Below are positions 33,776-44,063 of a stretch of DNA of 64,000 bases, piece after piece (within the stretch, counting starts at the first letter, position 1; each line of letters opens with the position of its first letter). The notes under the pieces are model-generated. The model was not told the DNA's origin, made no database searches, and saw only the letters and a list, made by a program, of their open reading frames with translations. The stretch lies in NCBI GenBank assembly GCA_963828525.1, contig CAWHEP010000014.1, forward strand, positions 192,001 through 256,000, read 5' to 3'. A program made the position numbers and the translations under genes. This stretch comes from an uncultured Verrucomicrobiae bacterium. Its GTDB lineage: Bacteria; Verrucomicrobiota; Verrucomicrobiia; Chthoniobacterales; Chthoniobacteraceae.

Positions 33776-33866
33776 TGGCGACCCTAACGGGATTGATTCG
33801 GCCTGCGGCCTCACCCCTTCGTGGCTGCGCATGCGCGCAGTCTGTCTCGCTTTGCTCGGCTCGAAC
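33776..33866 (-). repeat. Duplicated tRNA-Glu 3' end (with CCA) whose T-loop carries a 66 bp palindromic insert
   Basis: TGGCGACCCTAACGGGATT (33776-33794) + insert + TCGAAC (33861-33866) versus GCGACCCTAACGGGATTCGAAC in the tRNA. Confidence 0.8.
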
Positions 33867-33898
33867 TTCGTTCGAATTCACCTTCGGTGATCGCTGAG

Positions 33899-33971
33899 CG
33901 ACCCTAACGGGATTCGAACCCGTGTTACCGCCGTGAAAGGGCAGTGTCCTAGGCCACTGGACGATAGGGTC
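33899..33971 (-). tRNA. tRNA-Glu(TTC), CCA not encoded
   Basis: Reverse complement GACCCTATCGTCCAGTGGCCTAGGACACTGCCCTTTCACGGCGGTAACACGGGTTCGAATCCCGTTAGGGTCG folds as a cloverleaf. Confidence 0.96.
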
Positions 33972-34131
33972 TTATCGAGTCAGGCGGTCGCAATATCCGG
34001 ATACGAGCCTGCCGTTGCAAGCAAAAACAACGTTCCGACGCGTCCCGCAATCACCTGGAATGAATTCGAACAGGTTCGAGCCGTGAAGTGAAACAGACAC
34101 TCCGCAGAAGTGCCGAAAGGGCGAAGCGCCC

Positions 34132-34530
34132 CTATGGGACGACGACCAGAACGCTCGTGAAGTGTTTTGGGTTCCGCGTGATCAGCCCTTGGAACCGTTT
34201 TGCGAAGGCTTCCACGAGCGCATCAGCCACCGGCCTCTTGCTCCCATGGCCGGCCCGTTTCCTTTTGACATGGTCTGCCCAGAGCTCGTGAGCGATTTCC
34301 GTGTCGCCTCGCGTCCAGGAAGTCAGCCATTCGACGCCGTTGCGCTCCAGGAATGCATCTTGGAGGCGCGCGTCACCCCTGAAGGCGGGCGCAAGTTCCA
34401 CATAGGTCACCGGAGCAATGGTCAGTCCGTCAGACAAGTGAGCCACCAGGCAATTTGCAGAAGCCAGCCCAAAATCCACATCGTTCATGCGGATGTCGAG
34501 CAATACGGACAAATCTACCACCCACGCCAT
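34132..34530 (-). CDS. PIN domain (VapC-like) toxin
   Basis: WVVDLSVLLD, VTYVEL, RPVADALV.AFA, LITRNPKHF. Confidence 0.85.
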   Translation of the reverse strand: MAWVVDLSVLLDIRMNDVDFGLASANCLVAHLSDGLTIAPVTYVELAPAFRGDARLQDAFLERNGVEWLTSWTRGDTEIAHELWADHVKRKRAGHGSKRPVADALVEAFAKRFQGLITRNPKHFTSVLVVVP

Positions 34531-34781
34531 CAGTCTTCCTCCCCTTCCCGCAAAAATTTCATCCATTCATCGGTGCGCCGGGTTTCCAGACCGTGCTCTT
34601 TGGCGAAGTTCAGCGCCGCGACTGGATCCGGCTCAACCTTTGGCGGAGGCAACACAATCACCCGGCATTCGGTCGCGGAAACCCTCTCCCAAATGACGGT
34701 TTGTCCCGTGTCAGGTGCATTTCCCGAAAGGAGTTCCGCTGGAATGGAGACGTGACCTCGCTCTGTTACCGTCGTTTTCAC
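34530..34781 (-). CDS. AbrB/MazE/SpoVT family antitoxin
   Basis: MKTTVTERGHVSIPAEL; translationally coupled to PIN gene. Confidence 0.85.
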   Translation of the reverse strand: MKTTVTERGHVSIPAELLSGNAPDTGQTVIWERVSATECRVIVLPPPKVEPDPVAALNFAKEHGLETRRTDEWMKFLREGEED

Positions 34782-34955
34782 ATGACTTTTCTATCATGCG
34801 GTAGGTGACTGGCAACGGTCTCCAGCGATGGAATCGACGATTCGACGAATCATGCTCGGGCGCCAACCTGACGCACCGAATCGTAGAAACCGGTCGAAAA
34901 TTATCCCGCCCATGAACGCTTGACTGGGGGTATGCATGATAGATATTCTATCACA

Positions 34956-35198
34956 ATGAAAACCGCCACTGTCGCCGATTTGCGCAATAACTTTGCGACC
35001 GTTTCCAAGTGGATTCATGACGGGGAGGCCGTCACCATCACGAAACGTGGGATTGCCTTCGCGACGCTCGCCCCGGCGCGCAGGAGGAAGCCGGCCCCGC
35101 CGGTTGACCGTATGGCCCGCCTCCGCAAGATGTTCCCACACGGCCCCGCGAAAGGGAATGTTCAGAGTGTTCTTGATTACGATAGGGGAAACACTTGA
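34956..35198 (+). CDS. Phd/YefM family antitoxin
   Basis: MKTATVADLRNNF..V..W...GEAVTITKRG..FATL. Confidence 0.88.
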   Translation: MKTATVADLRNNFATVSKWIHDGEAVTITKRGIAFATLAPARRRKPAPPVDRMARLRKMFPHGPAKGNVQSVLDYDRGNT

Positions 35199-35662
35199 GC
35201 GTCTATATCGATACCGGAATCCTCGTGAAAAGTTATGTCTTCGAAGAGGATTCGCCGGAGGCAATAGCCATCATTGAAGCGGCGGGCGATCCCCTGGCTT
35301 TCTCACACATCCACGAGTTGGAAATTCCAAACGCAATCCGCCTGAAGCGTTTCCGAGGCGAAATCACCAAGTCGGAGGAAGCGGCGGCGATCCGGGTCTT
35401 TCGCGCGGATGTTGATGCTGGACGGCTGGCGCGGCGCGAATACGACCTCGCGGAAGTATTCATCAAGGCAGAACGGCTTTCCGCGCAATATTCCGGAGAA
35501 ATCGGAAGCCGGAGCCTTGATGTCCTGCACGTAGCCGCGGCTTTGCAATGCGGTTGCGCGAGCTTGGCGTCTTTCGATGAACGGCAGCGGAAACTCGCTG
35601 TTCTTGCCGGGCTGAAACTGATCCCCGCGAAGAGAAAGAGACGATTGCATCTTGGCGCGTGA
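35195..35662 (+). CDS. VapC PIN-domain toxin
   Basis: YIDTGILVK.YV.E, ELEIPNAI, RSLDVLHVAAA, SFDERQ; 4 bp overlap with antitoxin. Confidence 0.9.
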   Translation: MSVYIDTGILVKSYVFEEDSPEAIAIIEAAGDPLAFSHIHELEIPNAIRLKRFRGEITKSEEAAAIRVFRADVDAGRLARREYDLAEVFIKAERLSAQYSGEIGSRSLDVLHVAAALQCGCASLASFDERQRKLAVLAGLKLIPAKRKRRLHLGA

Positions 35663-35742
35663 GTTGGAGACTCAAAAATTGAACCAATAATTGGGAAACC
35701 CCCGATGAGAGAATCCGTCTCATCCACGATCATTAAATCACC

Positions 35743-36645
35743 ATGAAACACGTCATCGCCTTTTCTCTCGCCTTCCTTGCCGGCGTCGGTCTCGTGCCGG
35801 CGCAAAAGGCGTCCAGCAAAAAGCTCACTTATGAGCACGACAACGCCGTTTGGGTCGCCAACATGGACGGCACATCACCGAAAAGAATCGCTCGGGGCCA
35901 GTCACCTGATTTTTCCCGGACGGAACCAAGCTCGCTTATAACACCGTCCAGGCTGATGGTCAGCCCGCGCATCGCCAGATCGCCATTCTCGATCTTGCTT
36001 CGAACCAAACGACGATGTTGAAGGATATTCCGAGCGATAATTGCATGGCTCCCACCTGGTCGCCCGACGGCAAACAACTGCTCTTCGATTTCTACGTCAA
36101 GGATGAGCGGCGCATCGGCTTGGTGAATGCGGACGGGACGGGTTTTCGCTACGTGCAGGAATCGGAACCGAAACATGCGAGTTACTGGAGTTCGGCATGG
36201 GCGGCGGACGGAAAATCGTTTTACGCCCAAGACATGGACAGCCTTTATAAGCTCGATCTCAACGCAAAGGTCCTCAAGAAATGGGCCATTGAGAAAATCG
36301 TGCCCCACGGCGGCATGAGCGGCGACATCCGCCTCGACGCCTCACCTGACGGCAAGTCGTTGCTCATGGACGTTGAGATGGACGAAAAAGCGCGGAAGGA
36401 TTGGGACGGGCCGCCGCCTTCCGTCTGGGCTGCTTGATCTTGCGGCTGAGAAAGCAACGCGCCTCACGCCGAAATCACTTTACGCGTGGGATTCCCATTG
36501 GTTGAACGCGCCCAACTCGATCCTGTTCATCAGCGAAAATCCGGGCAAAGAGAAAACGAACATTTACCGGATGTCCACGACAGAACAGGGCAAGGATCGC
36601 AAGTTGCTGGTCAAAGACGCTATCAGTCCTGGCACATCGCGGTAG
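35743..36645 (+). CDS. Secreted TolB-like/PD40 beta-propeller protein (two frameshifts)
   Basis: Signal peptide; VWVANMDGT, PTWSPDGKQL, WAADGKS, ASPDGKSL repeats. Confidence 0.75.
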
Positions 36646-36787
36646 CGCCATCTTTAATTCTGAGCAAGCCAGCGCCTTTCCGGAGTGCCTCGTAAGAAAG
36701 AGCGTGCATACTGGCTGCGAGTATGATTGCCAAAAATCTTGGAGCGCAGTTACAGTCGAGCTGTCGATTCCTGGATCCCTGTGACCT

Positions 36788-37555
36788 ATGGCCAATAAGA
36801 TATTCGGCTCCCTCATAGTCCTGTTTGGTCTCGTCTGCCTGGGCTTCTGCCTTCATTATGTTAGCCAGGAAGTGCTGCTGGATGTGACAGGACGTTCCAC
36901 CACGGGCACAGTGACGGATAAGACCACTTCTGAAGACGAAAACCACAGCGTCTCCGATTACCTTAGCTACAGCTACCAGGACAGTAGCGGCAACACGCAC
37001 ACGTCCAACTCGGATGTTTTCGCGTCCATGTTTAACAGCGCGACGCGGGGCTCGCCGATCCCGGTGGTTTATTCCTCAGCTTATCCCTCCATCAGCCGCA
37101 TTCGCTCGGCAGGCGAGGGCTTTTTGCCCGGCGGCATGTTTGCGCTCATGGCCGGTTGTTTGCTGTGGTTCGGCCTCCGGACGCTCCTGCGTCAGATATA
37201 TTGGGACAACAAACTCGCCCGGCTAACAACCAGCGGCGAGCGGCGCACAGGCCGATTAGTCGCGCTGGAAGAAGACAAGGCCGAAGCCGCGGATGGCGAT
37301 AGCCCTCTCGTTTTGGTCTACGCCTTCACTGACAAGACCGGCCAGGAACGTACCGGTAAAACTGCACACGTGAGACCACGCGACCACGACTTCTGGAAAG
37401 GGCGAATCGGCTGCCCCTTGGACGTGCGGGTGAATCCCACTGATCACGCGGATCATATCGCTTTGGTGGAGGAGTCGAAGCTCTTGGGGTGTGGTGAGCG
37501 CGGCCTCCCTATTTCGCCAAAAGGGAACAGGGGTGAACGGCATCAACTTGACTGA
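36788..37555 (+). CDS. DUF3592-like membrane protein (two OB-like lobes)
   Basis: TM-G..TTGTV...Y.YSY.D..G...G..IPVVY...P...R-TM, repeated in second half. Confidence 0.6.
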   Translation: MANKIFGSLIVLFGLVCLGFCLHYVSQEVLLDVTGRSTTGTVTDKTTSEDENHSVSDYLSYSYQDSSGNTHTSNSDVFASMFNSATRGSPIPVVYSSAYPSISRIRSAGEGFLPGGMFALMAGCLLWFGLRTLLRQIYWDNKLARLTTSGERRTGRLVALEEDKAEAADGDSPLVLVYAFTDKTGQERTGKTAHVRPRDHDFWKGRIGCPLDVRVNPTDHADHIALVEESKLLGCGERGLPISPKGNRGERHQLD

Positions 37556-37808
37556 ATCTTGCGCAGTGAAGCAAGCAATTCATCATCTTAACAGGCCTAT
37601 GCCAGCGCTAACGGTCGTGTGATTATGGAGCGATTTGATCGCGGCATAGCGAGCCGTTCTCGTGGCGCGAGTGCCACTGCGCGATATTATCAAATGGCGC
37701 AACTTGCCTGCCCTTCTCTTCCGGAGTCAGAATACTCCGACACTCGCTCAAGGTGTATTGCAAGAACCTCAAGGTAACCCGTTTGACCGAGCATCCTGAC
37801 CACCCCCA

Positions 37809-40566
37809 ATGAAACAGAAAACCATAGCGTCAAACGTCACAAAGCAATCCTGCTCACCGCCGCCCATCGCGCCTCCCATGCTATCCAAAGATCAACGAAT
37901 CATGCGACCATTAGGCGCGATGACCTTCATCGCGGGAGTCCTGTGGCTCCTCGTTAAGTTTGCGGGCCACGCGGCTGAGCCTGCCCAGGATTTCGGCGCT
38001 TATTACACGAAGATCGATCAGGGGCAGGCTTGGGAAGCCGCGTCGCGCGCCGGGAAATACGCGGATGTGGTCGCGCGGCTGGCGGCGGGGAAACTCATTT
38101 TCTCCCGCGGCACGAGTTATTTGCCGTATTGGGTCACCAGCAAAGGGCAGTGGTCGCTGCCGGAGATCGTCCCGCGCAGTGGCGACGGAGTAGAACCGAT
38201 GCCGGATCGGAACAACGTCTATTCCCACGCGGAGGTGCTCGCAAACACCCCGGCAAAGGTCGTCATCCACTGGCGCTACCTTTCAAGCTTCACCGGCGGC
38301 AACCCTCACGGGAACGTAGCGCTGGATCGCTTTGTTGATGAGCTTTTCACCATCACCCCCGATGGGAAAGTTACCCGCGTGATCAGGCAATGCGCGGATA
38401 GCCTGGACGATTGGAACGACCCGCTCAACCGGACAGTCCAGGTTCTGCAGCTGAACGCCGACGGGATTGTTGTAATCAGCAAAACAGAGCCTCGCCATTC
38501 CTCTGCGCCCGCTCACACCGTGGCCGGTCCTCCGCAGAAGCACCCGGTTGCGCCTCCTTCCTTGTGGTTCAGGTTCGATGAAGGAGCCGGCTCTGCGACG
38601 ACAGAGGCGGTCACCGGAACCGTCCTTCCCGTTACTGGGCCACACGTCCTGTGGAAGAAAGGCGTCTCTGGAACGGCTCTTGAGTTTGACGGCTACCATA
38701 GCGCGGTCGTGCTTCCCGCCTCCGCCGCGCCGAAACTCTCGGGCGGTAGCATAACCTTGGAGGGCTGGTTTGCGCTGGCCGCGTACCCCTGGAATTGGGC
38801 TCCTGTAATCCAGCAAGGCGATAACAAGGGTTACTTCCTGGGGATCGACAGCCATGGCTATCCCGGGTTCATGGTCGAAGTCAGCGGCAAGTGGCAGCAA
38901 CTTACGGTGACGGGAAAGCCGCCTTATACCGATCCGGATCACCTCGGATTATTCCGGTGGTATCAACTGGTCGGGACATACAATCAGCTCGATGGCATGA
39001 TGCGCTTGTTCGTGGATGGCCGCGAAATCGCCAGCAAGCAGGTAGGAACGACCGGGATCGAAACGGCCGATGCGGACGCGCGCGTCGGCAAGGCGGGTAT
39101 CATGCGAAAGCCAACCGAGGACACCCGTGGATCAAAGCCCAGTGATTTCGGGATCGACGGACTTCTTGATGAAATCCGGGTCTATAATACTGCCCTAAGC
39201 GCGTCTCAAGTCTCCGCCTCCTTTGCAGCGTTCAACCCCGGGTCAAAAATCGTTTCAGCGCCCGATATGCAAACTCGCCGATTTCCTTCCTTCGATACCG
39301 GCGGGAAATTCAGCGCGTCCTGCGCGCCGCCTGCCCTATTATGAGACGTGGGATGACCTCTGGCGCGTCGGCGACTTCCCCGATCTGGTGGTGGGATTCG
39401 ATGAGACTCCCATGAAATATGTTTTTTGGAGAGGCATGAGTTACATCCCGATGATGGTGAATGAGGCCAGCCAATGGTATACCAACGAGTTCAACGAAAC
39501 CGGGCTTAACAGAGAATCCCCGGGAGACTGCGAGCCGATGTCCGATAAGCCCTGCCTCGATTCGCACGTGCGGCTGATCGAAGACACTCCCGCCAGGAAA
39601 GTCGTCCACTGGCGCTATCGCCTGGCAAATCCAGATCATCGTTGGGCCTACTATGATGCCGCTTCCGGCTGGGGCGATATCGCGGATTGGTATTTCTACA
39701 TCTATCCGGATGGGGTGACCTGTAAACTCATGCGCTGTTACTCCTCCAAGCCCAACCTGTGGCACGAATGGGATGAACAGATCGTTGTCCTCAGCGAAGG
39801 GCAGCACCCGGAAAGCGTCATCAGAAAGACCCCCGTGATGACTCTCGTCGATGCCAAAGGGAACGCCGTCGATTACGACTGGAACCCCAATCCGCCAAAG
39901 CCCAGGTATCCCGGTTCCGTGATCCAGATGATCCATCTGACCGGACAGTATTCCCCTTTCAGCATACAAAAATTCGATCATGGCGATATCTATGGCGGCG
40001 AACGCACCTGGTATTCCGTCTTTCCTTCGTGGAACCACTGGCCGACCTCGCAGGTGGACTCGTCGGGTCGTAATGCCTCCTTCCCTGACCGCGCCGCCCA
40101 TTCTTCCATTTCTCATTACTTTTGGCCGAACGACCTTCAGGAATCCGGAAGCGCTCCCTTTCAGGAGAAGGTGCTGCTGGAAGGCATGTCCGATCAGCCC
40201 GCAGCCACGCTCATGGGCCTGGCCCGCTCCTGGTTGCAGGCGCCCGGCGTCACCGGAGTCTCTGGCGCGGCCAGCCAGGGCTACATCCAGAATGAAAGAG
40301 CCTACGCTTTCCTATATTCCGGCACTCCCTTCGGATTCACACTGGAGGCCTCAGCCGACCACCCAATCAACAACCTCTGCTTCCAGATCAAGCGCTGGCC
40401 CAGCCGGAGCGCTGCCGCTGCTCTCAAAATAAACCATGCGCCACAACCCGCCGGTCCAAACTTCAGGCAGGGCGTATACATCGATACCGATGGCAGCTAT
40501 ACCCTGGTTGTTTGGGTAGGGCTTTCTGCCGCCTCGTCGCAGACCTTCCAATTAAGCGAAAAGTGA
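37809..40566 (+). CDS. Large secreted LamG/concanavalin-like domain protein (frameshift near 39320)
   Basis: WFRFDEG.G, GVSGTALEFDG, W.QLVGTYN...MRLFVDG, GLLDEIRVYN.ALS; start could be a later Met. Confidence 0.75.
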
Positions 40567-40705
40567 AGGCGAACAGCGTAAACTGCCTTCACTGAAACAA
40601 AATTCCGATGTCTGGCGACGAAGCTGAATCGTCCATGAACGGGGTGACCAACACACGCCCCCTGCAAACTCCTACAGCCTCATTTCCCTTGGCCCACGAA
40701 AGCAA

Positions 40706-41569
40706 GTGGGGAACACCACTATGGAAATGAACATGTATGGCAGCGACTTGCTCAAACCGGCGGACAAGGCCCTCACTGCCGTCGCCGACGCCACCCTGAA
40801 GGAGGCTCCCCAGGCCCTTCTTAATACCCTCCATGGCACGCGCTTCGGGCATCCGCTCCACCCTGCGATCATAGCCGTGCCGCTTGGAGCATGGAGTGTG
40901 TCATCGCTGTTGGATTTATGGGAGGCGGCCACGGGCGACAAGACGTTTAGCCCCGGCGCGGACGCCGCTCTCGGCATTGGTCTTCTGGGTTCCATCGGGG
41001 CCGCTGCTACGGGGCTGAATGATTGGCGTCATACAGATGGCCAGGCCAGGCGCGTCGGCGCTCTCCACGGAATACTGAATGTTGTCTCGATCGGTCTCTT
41101 TGCCAACTCATGGGTCCTCCGCAGGCGGGGGAGCCGGTCAGCGGGTATTTGTTCCGCGCTTTCCGGCTTCGCGCTCTCTGGTCTCGCGGGCTGGCTGGGC
41201 GGTCACCTCGTTTCCCGGGAGCGCGTTGGTGTCGATCACGCCCAGCGCGAGGAGGTGAAACATTTTACAGCGGTGCTCGATGAACAGGAACTCGCCGAAA
41301 ACCAGATGCGACGCGCTGAGCTGAATGGAACCGCTATCCTGTTGGCGCGCCGCGATGGCAAGGTTTACGCCATCGGGGAGAAATGCTCCCATCTCGGTGG
41401 CCCATTGTCGGAGGGCAAGCTGGAGGGGGACGCGGTAGTCTGCCCATGGCACGGCTCCCGCTTTTCGCTGGACGATGGCAGGGTCATCGACGGCCCATCC
41501 GTGTTCGCGCAGCCCTGTTTTCAGACCCGGATTAGGGCGGGCAAGATTGAAGTGCGTTCAGCTCATTGA
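40706..41569 (+). CDS. DUF2231-like membrane domain fused to Rieske [2Fe-2S] domain
   Basis: GHPLHP, TGLNDW, RRVGALHG; CSHLGGPL and CPWHGSRF. Confidence 0.88.
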   Translation: MGNTTMEMNMYGSDLLKPADKALTAVADATLKEAPQALLNTLHGTRFGHPLHPAIIAVPLGAWSVSSLLDLWEAATGDKTFSPGADAALGIGLLGSIGAAATGLNDWRHTDGQARRVGALHGILNVVSIGLFANSWVLRRRGSRSAGICSALSGFALSGLAGWLGGHLVSRERVGVDHAQREEVKHFTAVLDEQELAENQMRRAELNGTAILLARRDGKVYAIGEKCSHLGGPLSEGKLEGDAVVCPWHGSRFSLDDGRVIDGPSVFAQPCFQTRIRAGKIEVRSAH

Positions 41570-41601
41570 AACGCCTTCGCCTTGCCGCTCGGCCGGTCGC
41601 C

Positions 41602-42195
41602 CTAGGCCCCCTGGTTCTCTTCGCCCTCGCGGATCTCGTACAATGAGTTCAGGATCAGATAGGCTCTGCGGTAGCATTTCTCGTAATCGCGGGCGGGCGC
41701 TGTGATCACGATTTGTAGCTGCTCCTTCTTGCTATAGTTTAGAAAGGTCACACTGCGTGTGATCTCACTGCCGTAAAAGTTGTAGGTAAATACGAACTGG
41801 TGGCTGGTCCATCCGTCGATCGTGATCGCCCCTGGCAGTTCCTTCTGAAATGCCTTCAACACTCCCGTGGGGATTGTGGCGCGCGCTGCCTCTTCGTATT
41901 GTTTTAAGCCCAGCGCGTCGAACCCGGTTGTGGGTCTGAAACGGGAATGCGTGACGCGCATCTCCTCCATCGGAAGATCCCCAAAGATATACAATGCTTC
42001 CGTCGGGCTTCCGCTTACGCTTGTCTTTGCGTCCACACGGAATCCCATCCGCTTGTCGCCGTCCTGGAAGTAGTAATTTCCTGCCGTTTGCATGATCGTC
42101 CCCCGCCGATGCGGATAGAGATCGAGAGCCCGGCAAGGAGCGCCTGCCGCAAGCAGCAGCGCAATCCAAACAATCACTGCCACCGGCTTCTTCAT
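41602..42195 (-). CDS. Secreted hypothetical protein, last gene of pilin operon
   Basis: Signal peptide MKKPVAVIVWIALLLAAGAPCRA; 20 bp after pilX-like gene. Confidence 0.6.
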   Translation of the reverse strand: MKKPVAVIVWIALLLAAGAPCRALDLYPHRRGTIMQTAGNYYFQDGDKRMGFRVDAKTSVSGSPTEALYIFGDLPMEEMRVTHSRFRPTTGFDALGLKQYEEAARATIPTGVLKAFQKELPGAITIDGWTSHQFVFTYNFYGSEITRSVTFLNYSKKEQLQIVITAPARDYEKCYRRAYLILNSLYEIREGEENQGA

Positions 42196-42215
42196 CGGCC
42201 TGTGGCCGCCCTTCA

Positions 42216-44063
42216 TTAGTACCTCGTGAGCGCTCCTCTGCTCCAACTTACCGCATCCAGGCTGCCAGGAGGCGATTTCGCCAAAAGATTGCTGTCATAG
42301 TTCCAGAACCGGGACGGCGGAGAGTAGATGTTTCCGGTATCCCAGAGTCCGGTGGCAATCGCGCTGTGGAACATTTGAATCATGGAACCGTAATACGTGA
42401 AGCTGTTGCCCGACCAGTCCTCAAGGAACCGGGGGAAGTTATTGAACCCTCCTGAGTAGTTCGTGGCTGTCCCAGGAACTGATCCTGCCAGGATGGCCGT
42501 GTTCACCGTGGTGTTCGAAGCATCGCGGCTTGAAAGCGATGAGCTGGAGTTTGTGTCCTTCCAACCGTTCGAAAGGATCGTCACCGCGTCTGCCATCACC
42601 GCGGAGGAAGGCCGTGAGTAGCCGGAGACGACCGGCGAAGTCGTTGTGCTCGATCCGGCGATCACCTGGCTCGTTCCCGCCGCGTTCGTCGGGACGTTGT
42701 TTATATTCCCGGCTTCGTTGCCGACGTTGTAATCGCCCTGGATGTAGAGCGGGTTCTCGGTCGCGACCGTCAAACCGTTGGTCGGCAGCACCGAGCCGTT
42801 CGTTAGCCGGATCGCCTTCTCATTCGTATCTGTAGTGGTCGCGGCGGTGGCGTCATAGATGTACAGGACGCCATTCTCGCTGGTGCCGTTGTAGCCGTTC
42901 ACGCTATTTAAGATGGGGGCGATCACCGAAATATCAACGGTTGTTACATCCATGTAGGATGCTTCCCTCGTGTCGTAAAATGTTTTCCCCTGCTGCTGCG
43001 ACAACCCCGCCAGTATGGAGCTTTGCTGCGCGGATGTGAGCGTCACCCCATTCTGCGTGGTGATGGTCTTGTTACTCCCGCTGATGGCGATGATGATCCC
43101 CGCTTTCGTGTAAAGGCGGCGCTGGCTCAGCGCGGAGGGATCCGTGTAGCTGGTATTCGGTGGTTCGATCAGGAACCGCATGCTGTCTTCATTTGGGTTG
43201 CCGTTTCCGGTGAAGTAGCTCGACTCGCTCGTGCCGAGAGGCTCCATGGTCGATACTTGCGAGGGCGTGGATGTCAGGTACGTCGGCGCGACTATGGTGC
43301 CGCCCGGGCTGTAGGCAGTAGCGCCTGTCGGAAACGTGTTCGTAGAGTAGTAGCTGCCGACATACGACACATTGTTGTCGAACTGCAAGGTGTAGCCCTG
43401 TTGCGTGCTGATGTAGGCGTTCCCGTTCGTATGGATGAGACCTTCTATCTCCATGTTCGCCGGCTTGTAGAATTCCAGGTCGTCCTCAAAAAAACCCATC
43501 GCCTGGAAGAGAGGAACATTTACGTAGTCGATGGAACGCCTCAGCCCATAGTCCACCGCGCGCCCTGCCGCCGTGGTGCTGCTGAGCCTCACGCTTTCGA
43601 TGTAGGAGTAGTCATACCCACTCCAGCCCGGATAGGCGGCCATATGCACTGGCGTGCCCGTGGAACTCGTCGTGGGAGCGCCGTAAGAGTCCACACAGTT
43701 GATCTGGATCGCGGAAGCAGTCGAAGAATACGCGAAGATGAACCCTTTGGGAGACATTGTCGTGGGCCAATTCACCAGGGGGCTTGGTGAAGGTCCGCGT
43801 ATGCGCGAGGGCAGATCGGTGGACTGCGGCGGCCCATACTTTGCAGCGGCGGCGGTAAGCCAGATGCCGTACGCCATATCCATCGCCCCTTCCGCGGCGA
43901 ACCGCAGTTGAGCGATATTCTGGCTGGAATTGCTGATTTGCGATTGTGTCCCGGACATTTCGAAGGCAACCCCTATCAGCGCGGTGAGCAGCATCACCGT
44001 CATCAGCGTCACGACCAGCGCGCTGCCCCCTTGGACATCGTTTTTGGCTTTTATAAGCTTCAT
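42216..44063 (-). CDS. PilX/HpsA-like large minor pilin
   Basis: QGGSALVVTLMTVMLL pilin-like N-terminus without Glu5, AAEGA, C-terminal YSGGFNNFPRFLEDW...YSPPSRFWNYD. Confidence 0.75.
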   Translation of the reverse strand: MKLIKAKNDVQGGSALVVTLMTVMLLTALIGVAFEMSGTQSQISNSSQNIAQLRFAAEGAMDMAYGIWLTAAAAKYGPPQSTDLPSRIRGPSPSPLVNWPTTMSPKGFIFAYSSTASAIQINCVDSYGAPTTSSTGTPVHMAAYPGWSGYDYSYIESVRLSSTTAAGRAVDYGLRRSIDYVNVPLFQAMGFFEDDLEFYKPANMEIEGLIHTNGNAYISTQQGYTLQFDNNVSYVGSYYSTNTFPTGATAYSPGGTIVAPTYLTSTPSQVSTMEPLGTSESSYFTGNGNPNEDSMRFLIEPPNTSYTDPSALSQRRLYTKAGIIIAISGSNKTITTQNGVTLTSAQQSSILAGLSQQQGKTFYDTREASYMDVTTVDISVIAPILNSVNGYNGTSENGVLYIYDATAATTTDTNEKAIRLTNGSVLPTNGLTVATENPLYIQGDYNVGNEAGNINNVPTNAAGTSQVIAGSSTTTSPVVSGYSRPSSAVMADAVTILSNGWKDTNSSSSLSSRDASNTTVNTAILAGSVPGTATNYSGGFNNFPRFLEDWSGNSFTYYGSMIQMFHSAIATGLWDTGNIYSPPSRFWNYDSNLLAKSPPGSLDAVSWSRGALTRY

